Source: Octopus bimaculoides (Eukaryota). Taken from it: DNA of 64,000 nucleotides. This document shows, piece by piece, positions 24,716 through 38,339 of this stretch. The stretch is from contig NC_068994.1 in assembly GCF_001194135.2 (NCBI RefSeq), positions 24,494,944-24,558,943 of the forward strand. The letters run 5' to 3'. The notes below the pieces were generated by a model. The model saw only the letters and a program-made list of their open reading frames with translations. It searched no databases and was not told the DNA's origin. The translations under genes and the position numbers were made by a program. The number at the start of each line of letters is the position of its first letter. Positions within the stretch are counted from its first letter, which is position 1.

Positions 24716-25040
24716 ATCATCATCATTTAACATCCATTTTCCATGCTAGCATGGGTTGGATGGCTTGAAAGGAGCTGGCAGGCCAGGGATCACACCAGGT
24801 TTCATAGTCTGATTTGGCTTGGTTTCTACAACTGGATGCCCTTTCTGATGCCAACCACTTTACAGAGTGTACTGGATGCTTTTTACATGGAACCATCACC
24901 AGTGTTTTTTATGCATCACTATCACCAGTGCTTTTTTTATGTGGCACCAGCACCAATGCTTTTTACATTGCACTTTGGTATTAGGATATCAATTCTGTTG
25001 TGGTGGACAGGTCTTCTTAAGTACAGCAATGCGCCACATA
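24716..25040 (-). mobile_element. RTE-tail-related SINE-like element
   Basis: (CAT)n-TTAACATCCATTTTCCATGCTAGCATGGGTTGG family. Confidence 0.65.
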
Positions 25041-26648
25041 TCTTAATATAATAATAGTACAATCTGATTGATTAATTTATACTTCATCCATAAATGTGTT
25101 TGTGTATGTATGTATATGCATATGTAATTGTGTATGCATACTCGTATTGAATTTAATAATTCTATCAGTTCATTTCCCATATATATTTTTTATTTCAGAT
25201 CCCAAATTCTTTTCAGAGTAGGAAATCAGGAATTGCCTCCATTATTTTACCAAACTTAATGATGATGATGATGATGATGATAGTCAATTTTACATCTCAT
25301 CTCCCCTCCTAATTAGATGGATTCAGTATACAAATCAATAAGCTAACCTCTCATCACAACACTGACACCAACTCTTCTTTCAGCAACTATACCACCACAA
25401 TCACCTTTAGTTTATCATCACATAGTCAATAAATCTTTAAATAACTAACATTGAAGTTTCTCTTACTAAACTTGCAATCATCTTGTGAGGGGTTTGACTT
25501 CTACTCCCACAGTGAAAAAAACCTATCTAAAAGTTCAAGTTACTCTGAATTCTAGTCAACAGTACTGATTGTGATCTTTGTTCAATGATATAATTTCTTT
25601 AGTGCTGTTGTTACAATAAACCACCATAGCCTTTTTTCAGGAGTCACCTCATTTAATACCAGTACCTTGCTCTTGGGTGATTTTAGCTAAATTCACTCTG
25701 TTCTAAGCATTCAAAGCAGGCTTCCAATCAAAAGATAACATGGTCCATTGATGTGCCAATTCTCACAATAATTTTCCTTTACAAAAATGTCACTGTTTGT
25801 AAGAAACCTTGTTTACAAGATACAAGAGCTTAATCCCATGAGTAGATTGACTTGAAGGATTTCATTATCAACTATCACATAATCCTGTAAATTCTTCTCC
25901 ATTAGTTTGTCTTCAGTACTACTTATTCTGTTTTCCTTGAATACTTTCAATTAGGTGTTTGCAAATCTTTTGAAATAGAAATGGTCCCCTAAAGTCATGA
26001 CTTGTAAATGTGAATCTAAAGTTTCATGTTGATCTGAATGTGCATTAGGCGCTCTTTCAGGATTTTCAAGAAACAGGATAAGGTCCTGCCTCTTAAACAT
26101 CTGTTATTTTCCAATACAAAATTTGCTTAAGTATTCTCAATTTTTTTCTCTTTTTGCCTGCTCTACAACTGACCCATCTAGACTATTTTGGTAAGGAGGA
26201 TTTCATCCCAACTCCTTCAGTTTACCATGCCATAAAAACCACAGTATATATCTAGTAAATAAGTCATTTTAATAAAGAATCTATTTATATACAAGTTAGA
26301 AAACAGTTGCTATTTGCAATTTTATTGAAAAAAAAACTTCCATTCTCTGTCATATTTACATTTTTAAGTTGAAAGATGATGTTCCTGTTTAAAATAAGGA
26401 TAATTTTAGTATTTTACATATCTTGTTTTTTAAAAAGGTATAGATTATTCACTTGAGTGCTCAAAAGACCATAATCCATTTCAGCATCCAAAATAAGAAT
26501 GAGCAAATGCATTGTGTTCAAAATAATTGATGTGCACTAATGCTGAAAAAAGCACATGATAATTAATCTTGAATTTCTAAAACTGGGGCAATATTCTATT
26601 ATTTGTTTTTACAATATATTTTTTTCTTGCTATGAAAACTCATTTCAG

Positions 26649-26865
26649 TGTAAACCTGTAACTCAAGGTATATTGAATCACGACATTGATAGTGTTGTTA
26701 ATAGTGTTGGCAATGGTGATAACATGCAAAACTGCAAAACTGAAGTTCAGCATACCAATGATAGCAGCTATCAATCGACTTGTGATGGCAGCTGCCAATC
26801 AGAACTCAAGAAGTTACGCCAAGAGAATACATCTTTAAAATTAGAGATCCTACAGTTACGACATG
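26649..26865 (+). CDS. Coding exon 3 (CKPVTQG...QSELKKLRQENTSLKLEILQLRH; coiled-coil start)
   Basis: Acceptor CATTTCAG|TGT (phase 0). Open frame with heptad-like Leu spacing. Donor CATG|GTAAAA at 26865/26866 (phase 1). Confidence 0.75.
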
Positions 26866-27440
26866 GTAAAAAGAAAGACACTTTTACATTCTTATATTTT
26901 GTTAATTTATTCTTAAATATTTCTCATTTATTGAGGGAATTCTTGTTTAGCTACATTAGTTTTATTCTCATAAATACCCATTATTTGTATTTTTAGTTCA
27001 CAAAGTGGAATAAGTTATTTTATTGAAAGAAGGAAGATATATCAGGGCCTTTCATTGTCACTTCTCTGCTGAGTGGGGCCTGCCCCAAATCTCAGTGACT
27101 TTTCTTCCTCACTGCAAAATAACTTATTCTGCTTCTGAATTTTCTGTATTTACTAATTGCCTAATCAAACCATTGCTAGTTTTCTCAAACTATATTGTAT
27201 CTTTAACTTTAGCTGATATCTGAAATACAGATCTTTCTTTAATCTTTATTATACAAGCTTCATTCTCCTCTCTTAGGAAAATGATTTTAAGAATAAAATA
27301 ATTTCATTTAGGAAAATAAAATAATGAATAAAATATTTACAGTGAGATATCAAATCTTATTCAACATCACTCTAAATCTTCTCAGAAAATTGAAACAAAA
27401 AAACAGTAACAAAATGATTTTTTTTTTTCCCCCTATCTAG

Positions 27441-27555
27441 CAGCTGATGGATTTAAACTTTTGGAAGATCTGAAAGAATTGATTGAGAAGTATGAAACAA
27501 ATGATAGTTTACCAACTACTCCCACATCACCTGCAATGTATTTGATGAAGGTGAA
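27441..27555 (+). CDS. Coding exon 4 (AADGFKLLEDLKELIEKYETNDSLPTTPTSPAMYLMKV)
   Basis: Long poly-T/C tract then TAG|CAG acceptor (phase 1). Open frame. Donor AA|GTAAGT at 27555/27556 (phase 2). Confidence 0.75.
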
Positions 27556-28305
27556 GTAAGTTAAACAATGCACTTGGTTTGTGATTTGTTTTAATAGTCT
27601 TGGTTAACTCAGAAAATAATACATCTAACATAATACTTGGAATAAGTAATATCATATAGGGTATTGGTTAGTAGAAATGATAATGATAAATGGAAATGGT
27701 CCTACTTTATTAGAGTATAAAAAAATAATTACTCTTTTAATTTTCTTCATTAAAATGTCCAACAGATCATCAGTAGTGACAGGAACATAGTATTACAGTA
27801 ACTGAATAAATATATGCACTTACATGCATGCATGCTTGCGTACATGCACACGCACATACAGAAGGAGACATAATGGTAGATGCAGCCAAGGTTGTATAAT
27901 TGAGAAGTTTGTTTCTCAACCACATCGTTTTGGCTTTAGTCGTACTATGTGACACCTTTGACAAGTGTTTTCTACTATAGCCCAGGTTAATGAAAGCCTT
28001 ATAAGGGGATTTGGTGGACAATACCTGAAAGCCTGTCATATATGTGTGTGTGTTTGTCTCATTGTTTTGACTGATATTTGTAAATGAAATTTACTATCTT
28101 CAAACCAGTGTTGCTCATTCCCACTTTTCTGTGAAAACATGTCTAATAATAGCATGGAAATAGGTAAGGCTTCATAGAAAATCTGCCTAAACGATTTCCA
28201 GCTGACCCTTGCAATCATGGAAATGTAGATATTAAAATGTTAATGGTCATCATCATTATGTGTGGTGAGCATGTGTATATATGCATGTACATATGTTTAC
28301 ATGTA

Positions 28306-28453
28306 TAGGCACAGGCATGGTTGTGTGGTAAGAAGCTTGTTCCGGGTTCAATCACACTGCATGGCACTTTGGGCTACTGTATTCTATTATAGCCCTGGGC
28401 CAACCAAAGCCTTGTGAGTGGATTTAGTAGACAGAAACTGAAAGAAGCCCATC

Positions 28454-28499
<46 letters not shown>

Positions 28500-28743
28500 G
28501 TATGTGTGTGTGTGTGTGTGTATCTCTGTTTCTGTGTTTGTTCTCCCATCACTGCCTAACAACCAGCATTGGTGTGTTTACATCCCCAGTAACTTAGCAG
28601 TGCAGCAAAAGAGACTGATAAAATAAGTTCTAGGTTTAAAAAAAAGTTAGTCCTGGGGTCGATTTGTTCAACTAAAACCTTTCAAGGCAGTGCTCCAGTA
28701 TGGCCACAGTCAGATGACTGAAACAATTAAAAGAATAAAAGAA
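28306..28743 (+). mobile_element. tRNA-headed SINE family A, near full length
   Basis: Same head, core, internal (AT)/(GT) tract and AATGACTGAAAC..TAAAAGA tail as 40627-41016. Confidence 0.8.
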
Positions 28744-29849
28744 TGTGTGCAGCTATCCAACTTTTTCTATCCAAAAGGATTTTTCAACCCAATATTTACA
28801 TGCTATTATTTACAGCTTTATGTGTATGCTTTGAAATATATTATTCTAAATAAGAATTATTTCACATTCTCTCAAAAGTTTATAAAATTCTTATAATGTC
28901 AAGAACATATATACGTGCATATACATATTTATATACACCTACACTTATTAACAAAAACCCATCAAAGTACGCACCAGTACATTAAGCAGTGTACACATAC
29001 ACTCTGCTAACACATGGACACACTTATCTATATCACACATGCTAACACATACACACTTCAATTAAAGTCCCACATGCTACCCATATGAACACATACAGTA
29101 ACGAGAAAACATAAACACACCTACAATTCCTAGTGCCTACACACACTTATGACACATCTGTTTCACAATCATATCTATTCAGTAGACATGTGCACACATA
29201 TGTGAATTGAATTTTTTTTTAAAACTAATCAGCTCACATAAAAATACTATCTCTGACTCAGGATGCACACATGTGACATTGCCTTCTGAATATCTTCATG
29301 ACTTAAAATTTAAAAAAACCCATAACAAAAAAGAGACAGTCACGAACTGTTTACACAAACAATCCAGGACATTCAAATTCTATAAGTTGAGATATAAGCA
29401 CAATATGAATAAATAACATACAGCTGGTACGTTATGTTTGTACATACATACACTCACACTTGTATATGTTTGTATGCATACAACTAAATGAATAGTAATT
29501 ATGTTTTTCTATGTATATTTATGTGTGAGTATAGTTGCATGGGTACATGGATGTGTGTAAGCAATTTATGAATGTGGAACCTAGGGTAACCCCATAGACC
29601 AGACATATCTATCTTCATATACATATAAATGTATGTATGTATATTTTGTGTTTGTTCATATATACACACACACGCCAATGTGTGCACATGTTGACTCGTG
29701 TATATAAATATACGTTTAAGTATATAGTAGTTTGCATATTGCATTATCAATTGTGTGTGTGTGTGTATAGATATATGTTTGTGAATATGTATTTGTGTGT
29801 GTGTATATGTGAGTATGCATCTATGAAAAAATATCTGCAAAATTCTACA

Positions 29850-32725
29850 CGAGGATAAGATTATCATATTGGGTGATTTTAATGCAAAGATCATGAGATA
29901 TGGGGTGTGATTGGAAGACACGGAGTGGGAAATCATAACAGCAATGGCTTACTTTTGTTATAGATGTGTTCTGAGCTGAATCTATGTATTTTGAGCACTG
30001 CTTTTCAGCAAAAAGATAAGTTCAGAACAACATGGATGCACCCCGGTTCAAAACTATGGCACCTGATAGACTATATGATAACTAGAAGGTAAGATAAGAG
30101 AGATTTCTGTATAGTGCGGGTCATGCAGGGAGCAGGATGTTGGACAGATTATCACTTGGTTCGTGGGATGATCAAGTTTATAGTGAAGCCAAAAAATAGA
30201 CAAAGTGGCACTGGCATCCCTAAACATTTGAATGTGAATCTCCTTAAGGATAAAACAGTTAGAGTAGAATTTCTGCAGAAAATCGAAAATTTGGATTGGA
30301 CAGATAAGTGGATGGACTTCAGAGGACAACTATAAAATTTAAGTAAAGGAGAAGAAACATCAAGATTGGTTTGATGAAGTTATGGAAATATTCAACATTT
30401 GTTAGAAGTAAAATGAAAGACATTCCATTCATTACTAACAAATGATTCTGACCAAAATAGAACTTTTTTCAAAGAGATAAAAGCAGATGTGCAAAGAAAG
30501 ATTCGAAGCATGCAGGTTACTTGGTGGAAGAAGAAAGCAGAAGAGATAGAGGCTCCTTCCAATGTTAAGAACACTAAGTTATTATATACTCTCCTTCATG
30601 AGGTGTATGGGTCATTATGTCCTACTTTGGCTCATGTGAAGAATAGGAATGGTGTTTTATTGAGGAGCCCAAAAACATCTTAAAATGATGGGAGGAACAT
30701 TTCAGTGAACTTTTGAATCGACCATCAGTTGTTGATGAAAAAAGTATTGATATAATTCCACAGAATGCACCCATTGAGTGCTTAGATGACACCCTGTCAG
30801 TGGAGGAAACAATAAAAGCAGTATCAAAGCTGAACAATGGCAAAGCACTGAGAGTTGATAGTCTGAATGTAGACCGTTTTAAGTTTGGTGGGTACTACTT
30901 GCTAGAAATGCTGACAACAGTAATACAGAAGATTTGGAAAAATGAAGTTATGCCAAAAGACTGGAAGGATGCAATCATGGAAGTTGTGTTCAAGGGTAAG
31001 GAACAAAAGGGTGAGTGCAATAACTTTCATGGTATTTGCTTGCTTGCTACAGCCGGTAAAGTTTTATCATGAATAATGTTGGACTGGCTGCAGATATATG
31101 TGGCTGATGAGATTCTTCCTGAATCACAGAGTGAATTCAGAAATGGTAGGGGTACTGTTGACATGATCTCTGCATGGAAGTTACAGGAAAAGAGTGTGAA
31201 CAGCAAATAGGACTTTATCAGGTATTCATTGATCTTACTAAGGCTTTTGACTCTGTCAATCAAACTGCTTTGTCAGAGATCTTGAGGAAACTTGGATGCC
31301 TGGTAAAGTTTCTCACTATTCTGAAGCAGTTTCATGAATGGGGTAAAACAAGGTAACATACTAGCACCCACTCTCTTCACCCTCTATTTTACTATAGTTT
31401 TTCTGTTGGCTTTCAAAGGCTCCTATGAAGGCATATATGTCAGATATTGCACAACAGGAAAAATCTTTAACATCAGAAGACAGTCAGCTAAGTCAAGAAC
31501 ATCCTCAACTCTTATTAGAGACCTCCTCTATGCAGATGATTGTGATATTGTCACTCATACTGAAGAGGACATGCAAAATCTTATGAATGCTATTTCAATA
31601 GTTGTGAGGCATTTGGCTTAACTATAAATCTAACCAAAGCTGTTGTCATGTTTCAGCCAGCACCAGGAATGCCATACATAGAACCTGGTATCTTTGTGTA
31701 TGGAAGAAAACTTGCTGTGGTTTCTAAGTTTGTTTACTTAGGGAGCACACTAAATACATCAGCAAATCTTAATGATGAAGTGTCACTACGCATTCAGAAA
31801 GCCAGTTTTGCTTTTGGCAAACTGGAAGACCGCCTATAGTCTAGACATGGTATTTCCACTGCTTAAGATTAAGGTATACAATACGTGTATCTTAACCTCT
31901 TTATTGTATGCTTGTGCACTTAAAACTTATGGAACATTTTCATCAACAATGTCTCAGAAGGATCTTGAGGATCAGCTGGAAAATGTTTGTAAGTGATGAT
32001 GAGGTGCTTGAAAGAGGGAAATGCTTCAGTATTGAAGCTTTGCTATTGCAGTACAGATTGAGATGGAGTGAACACTTAGAATGACAGACAACAGAATGCC
32101 TAAACAACTTTTTTACAGAGAATTGGTGACAGGTAAGCATCCATCCCACAAACCAAAGACGAGGTACAAAGATTGTCTGAAGTCAGGATTGAATAAGATA
32201 AATGTTCCAATTGACAACTGGGAAGATTTTGCACATTGCCGAGTAAAATGGAAAAAAGTCGTGTATGAAGGCAAAAATGAATTTGAAAGGAAGAGAATGG
32301 TTCAAAAGAAAGATGAGAAAAAGTAACAGGAATGATGTTCTAACAAGCATTAATGAACGTGATGATCTTACATGTGATGAATGTGGAAAGATTTGTCTTA
32401 GTAAGAGCCACATGAAATCACACATTGCACAACCGCACATTGATTACAGATGGACAGATGATTTCGAATGCATACTCTGTCATAAAGTATGCAGATCAAA
32501 AAGTGGCTTGAAAAGGCATAGTAAAGTTCATGGAGCTGTAAATTATACAATCACCAAGTTTTCTTGCACTAATTGTTCAAAAGCATGCAAGTCTTCGGCA
32601 TGCCTCAAAAGCCATATTTCGTGCAGCTCATCAATGTTATTCTAGGGCATAAAGAAATCAGGCAATGGCTCTACTCAAAATCAAGTTGGCAACCATCATA
32701 TGTATATATGTATATGTATGTATAT
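29850..32725 (+). mobile_element. 5'-truncated RTE (BovB-like) LINE: endonuclease, RT and C-terminal C2H2-like fingers
   Basis: IILGDFNAK, WHLIDY, WTDYHLV (APE); PKDWKDA, FIDLTKAFDSV, GVKQGNILAPTLF, LLYADD, FVYLGS (RT); RMPKQLFY; three CxxC...H motifs. Many stops and frameshifts. Confidence 0.9.
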
Positions 32726-33276
32726 TTACAAACTTATTCCACTATCCAAGTCATTGATCTCTTGTTTAGTTGGTGGCCTGTTGATTTGGGAGTTATGTAA
32801 CATTGCTTTCCCTCCTTAGTTTATTGCCCTTGAACTCAAACTCTTGCTGAATTTATATATTGAACTCAAACCTCTTGCTGGAATTAAATATTGTACCTTA
32901 ACTGTAAAACTGCACTGGCTGAAATACTAATTATCACATTCATTAGGCTTAAATTAGCCTGAAGTGTTTGGATGTCTATAAAAAGTATGATGTAATCTGT
33001 TATGACTACATTAAATACAGATTTCCAATGAAACACTTGTCTCAAATTTAAACTCCATTTATCTGTTTTTTTTATATTTCTCTCAAAATCATGAGTTTAC
33101 CTATTTATTGGTTCATTGGTAAATAATTGAAATTTAAAATAAACCAACAGCAGTATCAAGTTCCATATAATTTGTGACTATGATGTTGGATCTTTTCCCT
33201 TTCTGCTCTGATTCTTCTAGTCAACTGGTTGCATTTTACATGGTGATGTACCTTGATTCCTAATCAATCCTTTTAA

Positions 33277-33312
<36 letters not shown>

Positions 33313-33335
33313 TGTGTGTGTGTGTGTGTGTGTGT

Positions 33336-33730
33336 AACATCATTTAATGTCAATCTTCCATGCTGGCTTGTGCTGAATGAGTCTACAGGTTCTGACAAGC
33401 CAGAGGACTGTGTCAGGCCCTGCTGTCTGCTATGTTTTCTACTTCTGAATGCCTTTCCTAATGCAAAACACTTTCCAGAGTGTAGGGGAGGGTGCTTTTT
33501 ACAAAGCACTGGCACTAGTGAGGTCACCAAATGACTCACAGAACAAGACCCATCCACTGAGTTGGCTACAGTATTGAAGGAAGTGAGTTTATAGTCAAGT
33601 GTTAAGAGGTTAAAATATGAGAGACGGGTGGTAACAGATGACTGGCTGTAGAGGTTACTTGCTACTCCAACTTTACGAATAAAGGGATAGTGGTGATGAA
33701 GTGTCAAGGACATCTTCAAAGTACAGGAAG
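33336..33730 (-). mobile_element. RTE-tail-related SINE-like element
   Basis: CATCATTTAATGTCAATCTTCCATGCTGGC family. Confidence 0.6.
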
Positions 33731-34479
33731 GGTATAAGTGGGAGTACAGACAGAGAATCAGAAAGGTTTGGAGGGAAGGTAAGTTTGTGAGACTGTAAAA
33801 GAAGATTGACAGATGGTTAGAGATGGGGAGAGGAGAATGGAGAACAGGGTTGGAGGCATGGTCAATGGTGAATTGGAGAGCAAGTGAAGGAAATTGTAGT
33901 GAGCCAAGGAGGAGGATTAGAAGGTGATAAATGATGGAACAAAAAGTGGATCTGCAACATTAGAGTGTGCACATATACTGGTATGATCATGTGACATGTA
34001 AGGATGCATAAAGAAGTGCTAATTGCAAAATGTGGATGGAGGGGATGACTAAGACAGTCCTCATCTATACATGTCACACGACCATACCAGTACAATCTCT
34101 TGCACACTATGCCTGACATGATCAATAGTGAACTGAAGTGAAGGTGAAGGAAATTAGTGAATCAAGGAGGAGGAGTAGAAGGTGATAGATGATAGAATAA
34201 AATGTGGAATGGAGAACAACAGCAAAATAAAATCATAAGGAGATTAGAAACAGAGAGATGATATGAAGCATGGTGAGATGAGAGAAAGATGCACTGTAAC
34301 AGAGACTGAGGTCAGATAGTGGAAACAATAAGTGATAAACAAATGTAGTTGGGGCATCAAAAGCTGATATGAGAGGGTGTTCAGGACAAAGGTGCATAGG
34401 AAGATGAGTTGTGAGGAAGGATTGACAGGGACTGATTATATGTGAAGTGTAGGCATAAACAATATACTTTTGGGACCAC

Positions 34480-36480
34480 TAAAATGAACAGGTCATCCTG
34501 AGCACAGCATGTCACTAATCATCTTGGTCTTAGTCATCCCTTCCATCCACATTTTGCAATCAGCACTTCTTTATGCAACAGTCTTCATGCATACATGTCA
34601 TATGACCATACCAGTACAATCTCTTTTGCACACTATATCTGATGTCTCTTACGCCCACATTTTCTCTCAACACATTTACACTTTGTCATGCATACATTTT
34701 AATGTTGCACATCTAATGGAGCATACTAACTTCATTTCATTCTCGTCTTCATATATCGTCTGCATTCAAAGTCCACATTTCACTACCCTGTAGCATTACT
34801 ATTCATAAACAAGCATCATACTCTGATGTAATAACACTGAACTTTTTTTATTGCGAGTTGTTACTCTTTCAGAACACCTTCCTCCACTGCTAATTAGGCC
34901 ACCTATATAACAGAAATTATCCACTACCCGTAAGAACCCCCCTGAGCATTTGAGAAAATCTATTTCCTATGTGCTCTTAGTGTTTTGTACTCTGTTGTAT
35001 ATTCTATAAACAAAAGTGCTAATCTGTTAACCCTCCTGTGATTAAACTGCATCTTTAATTTGTCAATAGCTTGCACACCATATGGAATTTCTACCTACAT
35101 GTTTTCTACATATCAAACTGGGCCATTTAACTAAAGTGGCTTGCATCCTGTCTGTTTCCCTGCTTACTAAAACTTTCATCATTGTTTATTAACTTTAAGG
35201 ATTTTTGTTTCTAGGTTTTGCATCCACACCTGGAAATTCTTTTATGATTTCACTACAGATTCAGGTATGAGAACAAGGTCATCAGCAAAGAAAAGTTCTT
35301 ATAGGCAACTGGTCTAAAAATTCCACTGTTATGACCTAGAGGATTATGATAGATAGGAAGGGACTGATGACCAAGCTCTGGTGACCTCTTACCTGCACTC
35401 TAAATTCATGGCTGTAGTTGTTGCTAAATCTTAACTTACTGACAGCACCCTCGTACATGGCTTGGTTGGTCCCAACAGCCATTTGTCTATTCCTTCCACA
35501 GCAACCACCAGTTTTGGGAAAGGTTGATGTATGCCAAGTACAGCAGTTTACTTGATGCAAAATCTTCCTGCAGTTGCCTTACTAGAAAGACAGCATCAGT
35601 ACTTTTCCTTGAAATAAAAGCAAAAATGCTTCTGATCTAAGCTAACTTCCTTCCCAATTAATTCAGCTTCGGCAATTTTATATTTCTGTTATTAATTCAG
35701 TGTAAGGCATCTCCTTTAGTTTTGTTACACTTGCCTATGCTGCTGCTACACCAGTTGTAGGATATGATACCTTCCTGTATAAGCTCTTTAACTACTCAGG
35801 TGTCTAGACCCATATCCCACCCCAGTAGATATTTTAGCAGTAATTCTTGATGGACCAGGAGTGCTTTCTTTATCTTCATGTCCTTAATTACTTTGTCAAT
35901 CATAAAACTAGAATGACTGGCTCCTCACTAGGTTCACTTTCAAAAAACTTACTTTCTCCATTCATTCTCCACATTTAGTAGCCTTTCATGATAGCATTTT
36001 TATTCTTCTTTCTTTTCAGAATCACTAAGTGCAAGTATACCGCTATCCCCATCTGTGCAAACTTCTTTCTCTCAACATCTCTTTCTGCTGGTTGTCCCAT
36101 AAAATCTCCCACCTGTCCTCTGTGTTACTCATCCCTATCTCTTCCTCTTTCTCAGTGCTTCATTTGGCACATTGCTAAATCTCTCTCTGTTCAATGGATC
36201 TTTATGCTTCTATATCTTCCTTTTCCAGATTGATTTGTGTCTTTGAGTTCTTCTGTCTCTAAGTCTGAAGTTACTAACTACTGACCTACGTCGGATTGTA
36301 TATGCTTTATCAGGGAAGGACTTTGCATTCATGAGATTCTGTCTATCTCTTTTTCTGCTGAGAATGTAGTCAATCTGGCTTATATGCCCACCAGATGGAT
36401 AAGTGTTCTGGTAGCTAGTTGGTTTCCTGATGTTAGTGTTACAGATCACCATTTGCATCACAGGACTCCAACAGCCTTAT
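34480..36480 (-). mobile_element. Decayed RTE LINE (endonuclease end through RT)
   Basis: YPSGGHISQIDYILSRK (APE C-terminus) at 36.2-36.4 kb; YEGAVSK...QVRGHQSLVISP (RT) at 35.3-35.5 kb. Confidence 0.7.
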
Positions 36481-37149
36481 TCCCTTTTCATTTCTAGAAC
36501 CAAGGTTACACAGTTACACACATTTTAGAAGAGAGAGTTGGGGGGATCAGAGTAGAACTGGAAAGAGATAAAGTAGTGGTGATACGATGTCTGTATGGAC
36601 CCTCAAGGTTCAAAGGGAGTAGAAGTGAATGAGGGAAGAAAGACAGGAGTGTGAGTGGGTAGAGGTTGCAAGAGTGTATGGGAGAGTGAAACATGGGGGA
36701 AAGGGTGAATATAATGAATGAAGTACAAGTATTGAGGGGTGATACGTAGTGGAGGTAAGGAAGAGGTGACAACTGTATGGATTGGATGGGTCTGAGAAGT
36801 GGATGTAGTGAACGGTGGATAAGGGATGGAGGTTGTAGAGGGATGTGGATGTAGAGCAGCAAAATAATAATAATGATACAGTAGACAAGGAAAGGATAAG
36901 AGAGTATAGGGAAAGAGAGGTAGGCATAATGCATGGGCAATGCAAGAGACATAACGATGCAGAAGATAAGATGATTTGGTGGGTGAGGGTACTGTTCTCT
37001 CTGCAATTTAATATCTGTGAAGAGGACAGTATTAAGGATGAAGGATGAATATCAAGTGAAATGATTCCAGGTTGTGAGAAAGATTAGTGGTATTAAGAAA
37101 AAGTTGTCATTAGAGAAATGATGGGTTGTGAGAATGTTTCGACAAGCAA

Positions 37150-38290
37150 ATTGAATGAAGGTCCCAGCTGTGCATGTAAATATACTCACACAGCACTTCC
37201 AGATCTTAGTTTTGCCAAGTTGGGTGGGTTTTCGTGAGAATCACATATTGCTAGTAACCCCTGATTTCCTGTCATGTCCTCCATGAGATCCAAAGTCCTG
37301 AGAACAGCTTTTACTACTTCAGACCATGTCTTCCTGGGTTTCTCTCTTCCACAAGCTCCATCTACATTAAGTGATCAGTACTTTATACAGCTATCCTCAT
37401 CCATATGCATCACATGCCTGGAATTTCCTGTCTAGTTCCATTATAGATTTAACTATGACAAACAGATCAATCTTCTTTCTTGCATACTACATCTGATTCC
37501 CCTTAAGCCCACTTTTTTTTTATCAGCACATTTGTACTATGTCATTCATCATCATCATTTAATGACCATTGTCCATGCTGCACATCCAATGGAGCCTGCC
37601 CACTTAATTTCTTTCCAGTTTTATTAAGTTCTCAGCATTCAAGGCCCATATCTCACTACCATGCAGCATAACAGTTCTAATATAAGTGTCATACAATCTG
37701 TCCTTTACTCTGAAGTAAAAACCTTTGTTTCTAGCATTGATAGAAACTCCCTAAGCTTTCTCTTGTTCATTCTTATCCTAGCTAGGTAACCAAGACTATC
37801 AACTATTTCTGTAAGCCATCCAGGCATTTAAGACAATTTATTTTTATTTTAGTGTGCTGATAATGTATACTGCTCCAGTGCATCTATCACATATGAAGCT
37901 TACATCCTCTGTTAGTTTGCCTGTGGTTCCAATACACCTCTTGTGTGTCCATAGCTTACAATGGATACAGCACATCAAGTTTATACTAAATCTTATTCTG
38001 CATATCAAGCAAAGCTATTTCCTTGAAGATACCAGAGACCTGTCCTTTTTCCTACCTACCAGAACCTTTGTCTTTGCCAAGTTTACTGCAATGTACTTGA
38101 TTCTAGGTTTAGCTTCCATGCATGAGATGTCTTCTGTAATTCTACTATGAATTCAACTATGTATGCAAGTACCCATGGACAGCTAGTCTTAAACTCTTCT
38201 GTGATGAATAGGACTATGATGAATAGAAGAGGACTGAAGACTAAGCTTTGATGGGCTCCTGCCTTCACGCTAAGTTTGCCACTTCTAAGT
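37150..38290 (-). mobile_element. Decayed RTE LINE fragment
   Basis: KAGAHQSLVFSPLLFIIVLFITEEFKTSCPWVLAY; homologous to 15.0-16.0 kb. Confidence 0.7.
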
Positions 38291-38339
38291 GGATCCTGGT
38301 TTTATCCAAGTAGTTCACATGGCCAATCCAACCAAGCTG

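Noticed and set aside
25199-25310. Acceptor-like TTTTTATTTCAG between exons 2 and 3
   Set aside because: The phase-0 frame runs into an (ATG)n microsatellite and a stop, and no phase-0 donor is evident. It cannot be supported as a coding exon.
25500-26300. Possible decayed retroelement coding sequence on the minus strand
   Set aside because: No diagnostic motif could be read through the many stops, so it is not supportable.
36506-37048. Overlapping ORFs of 67-166 aa
   Set aside because: Low-complexity purine/pyrimidine-skewed sequence with no splice or domain support.
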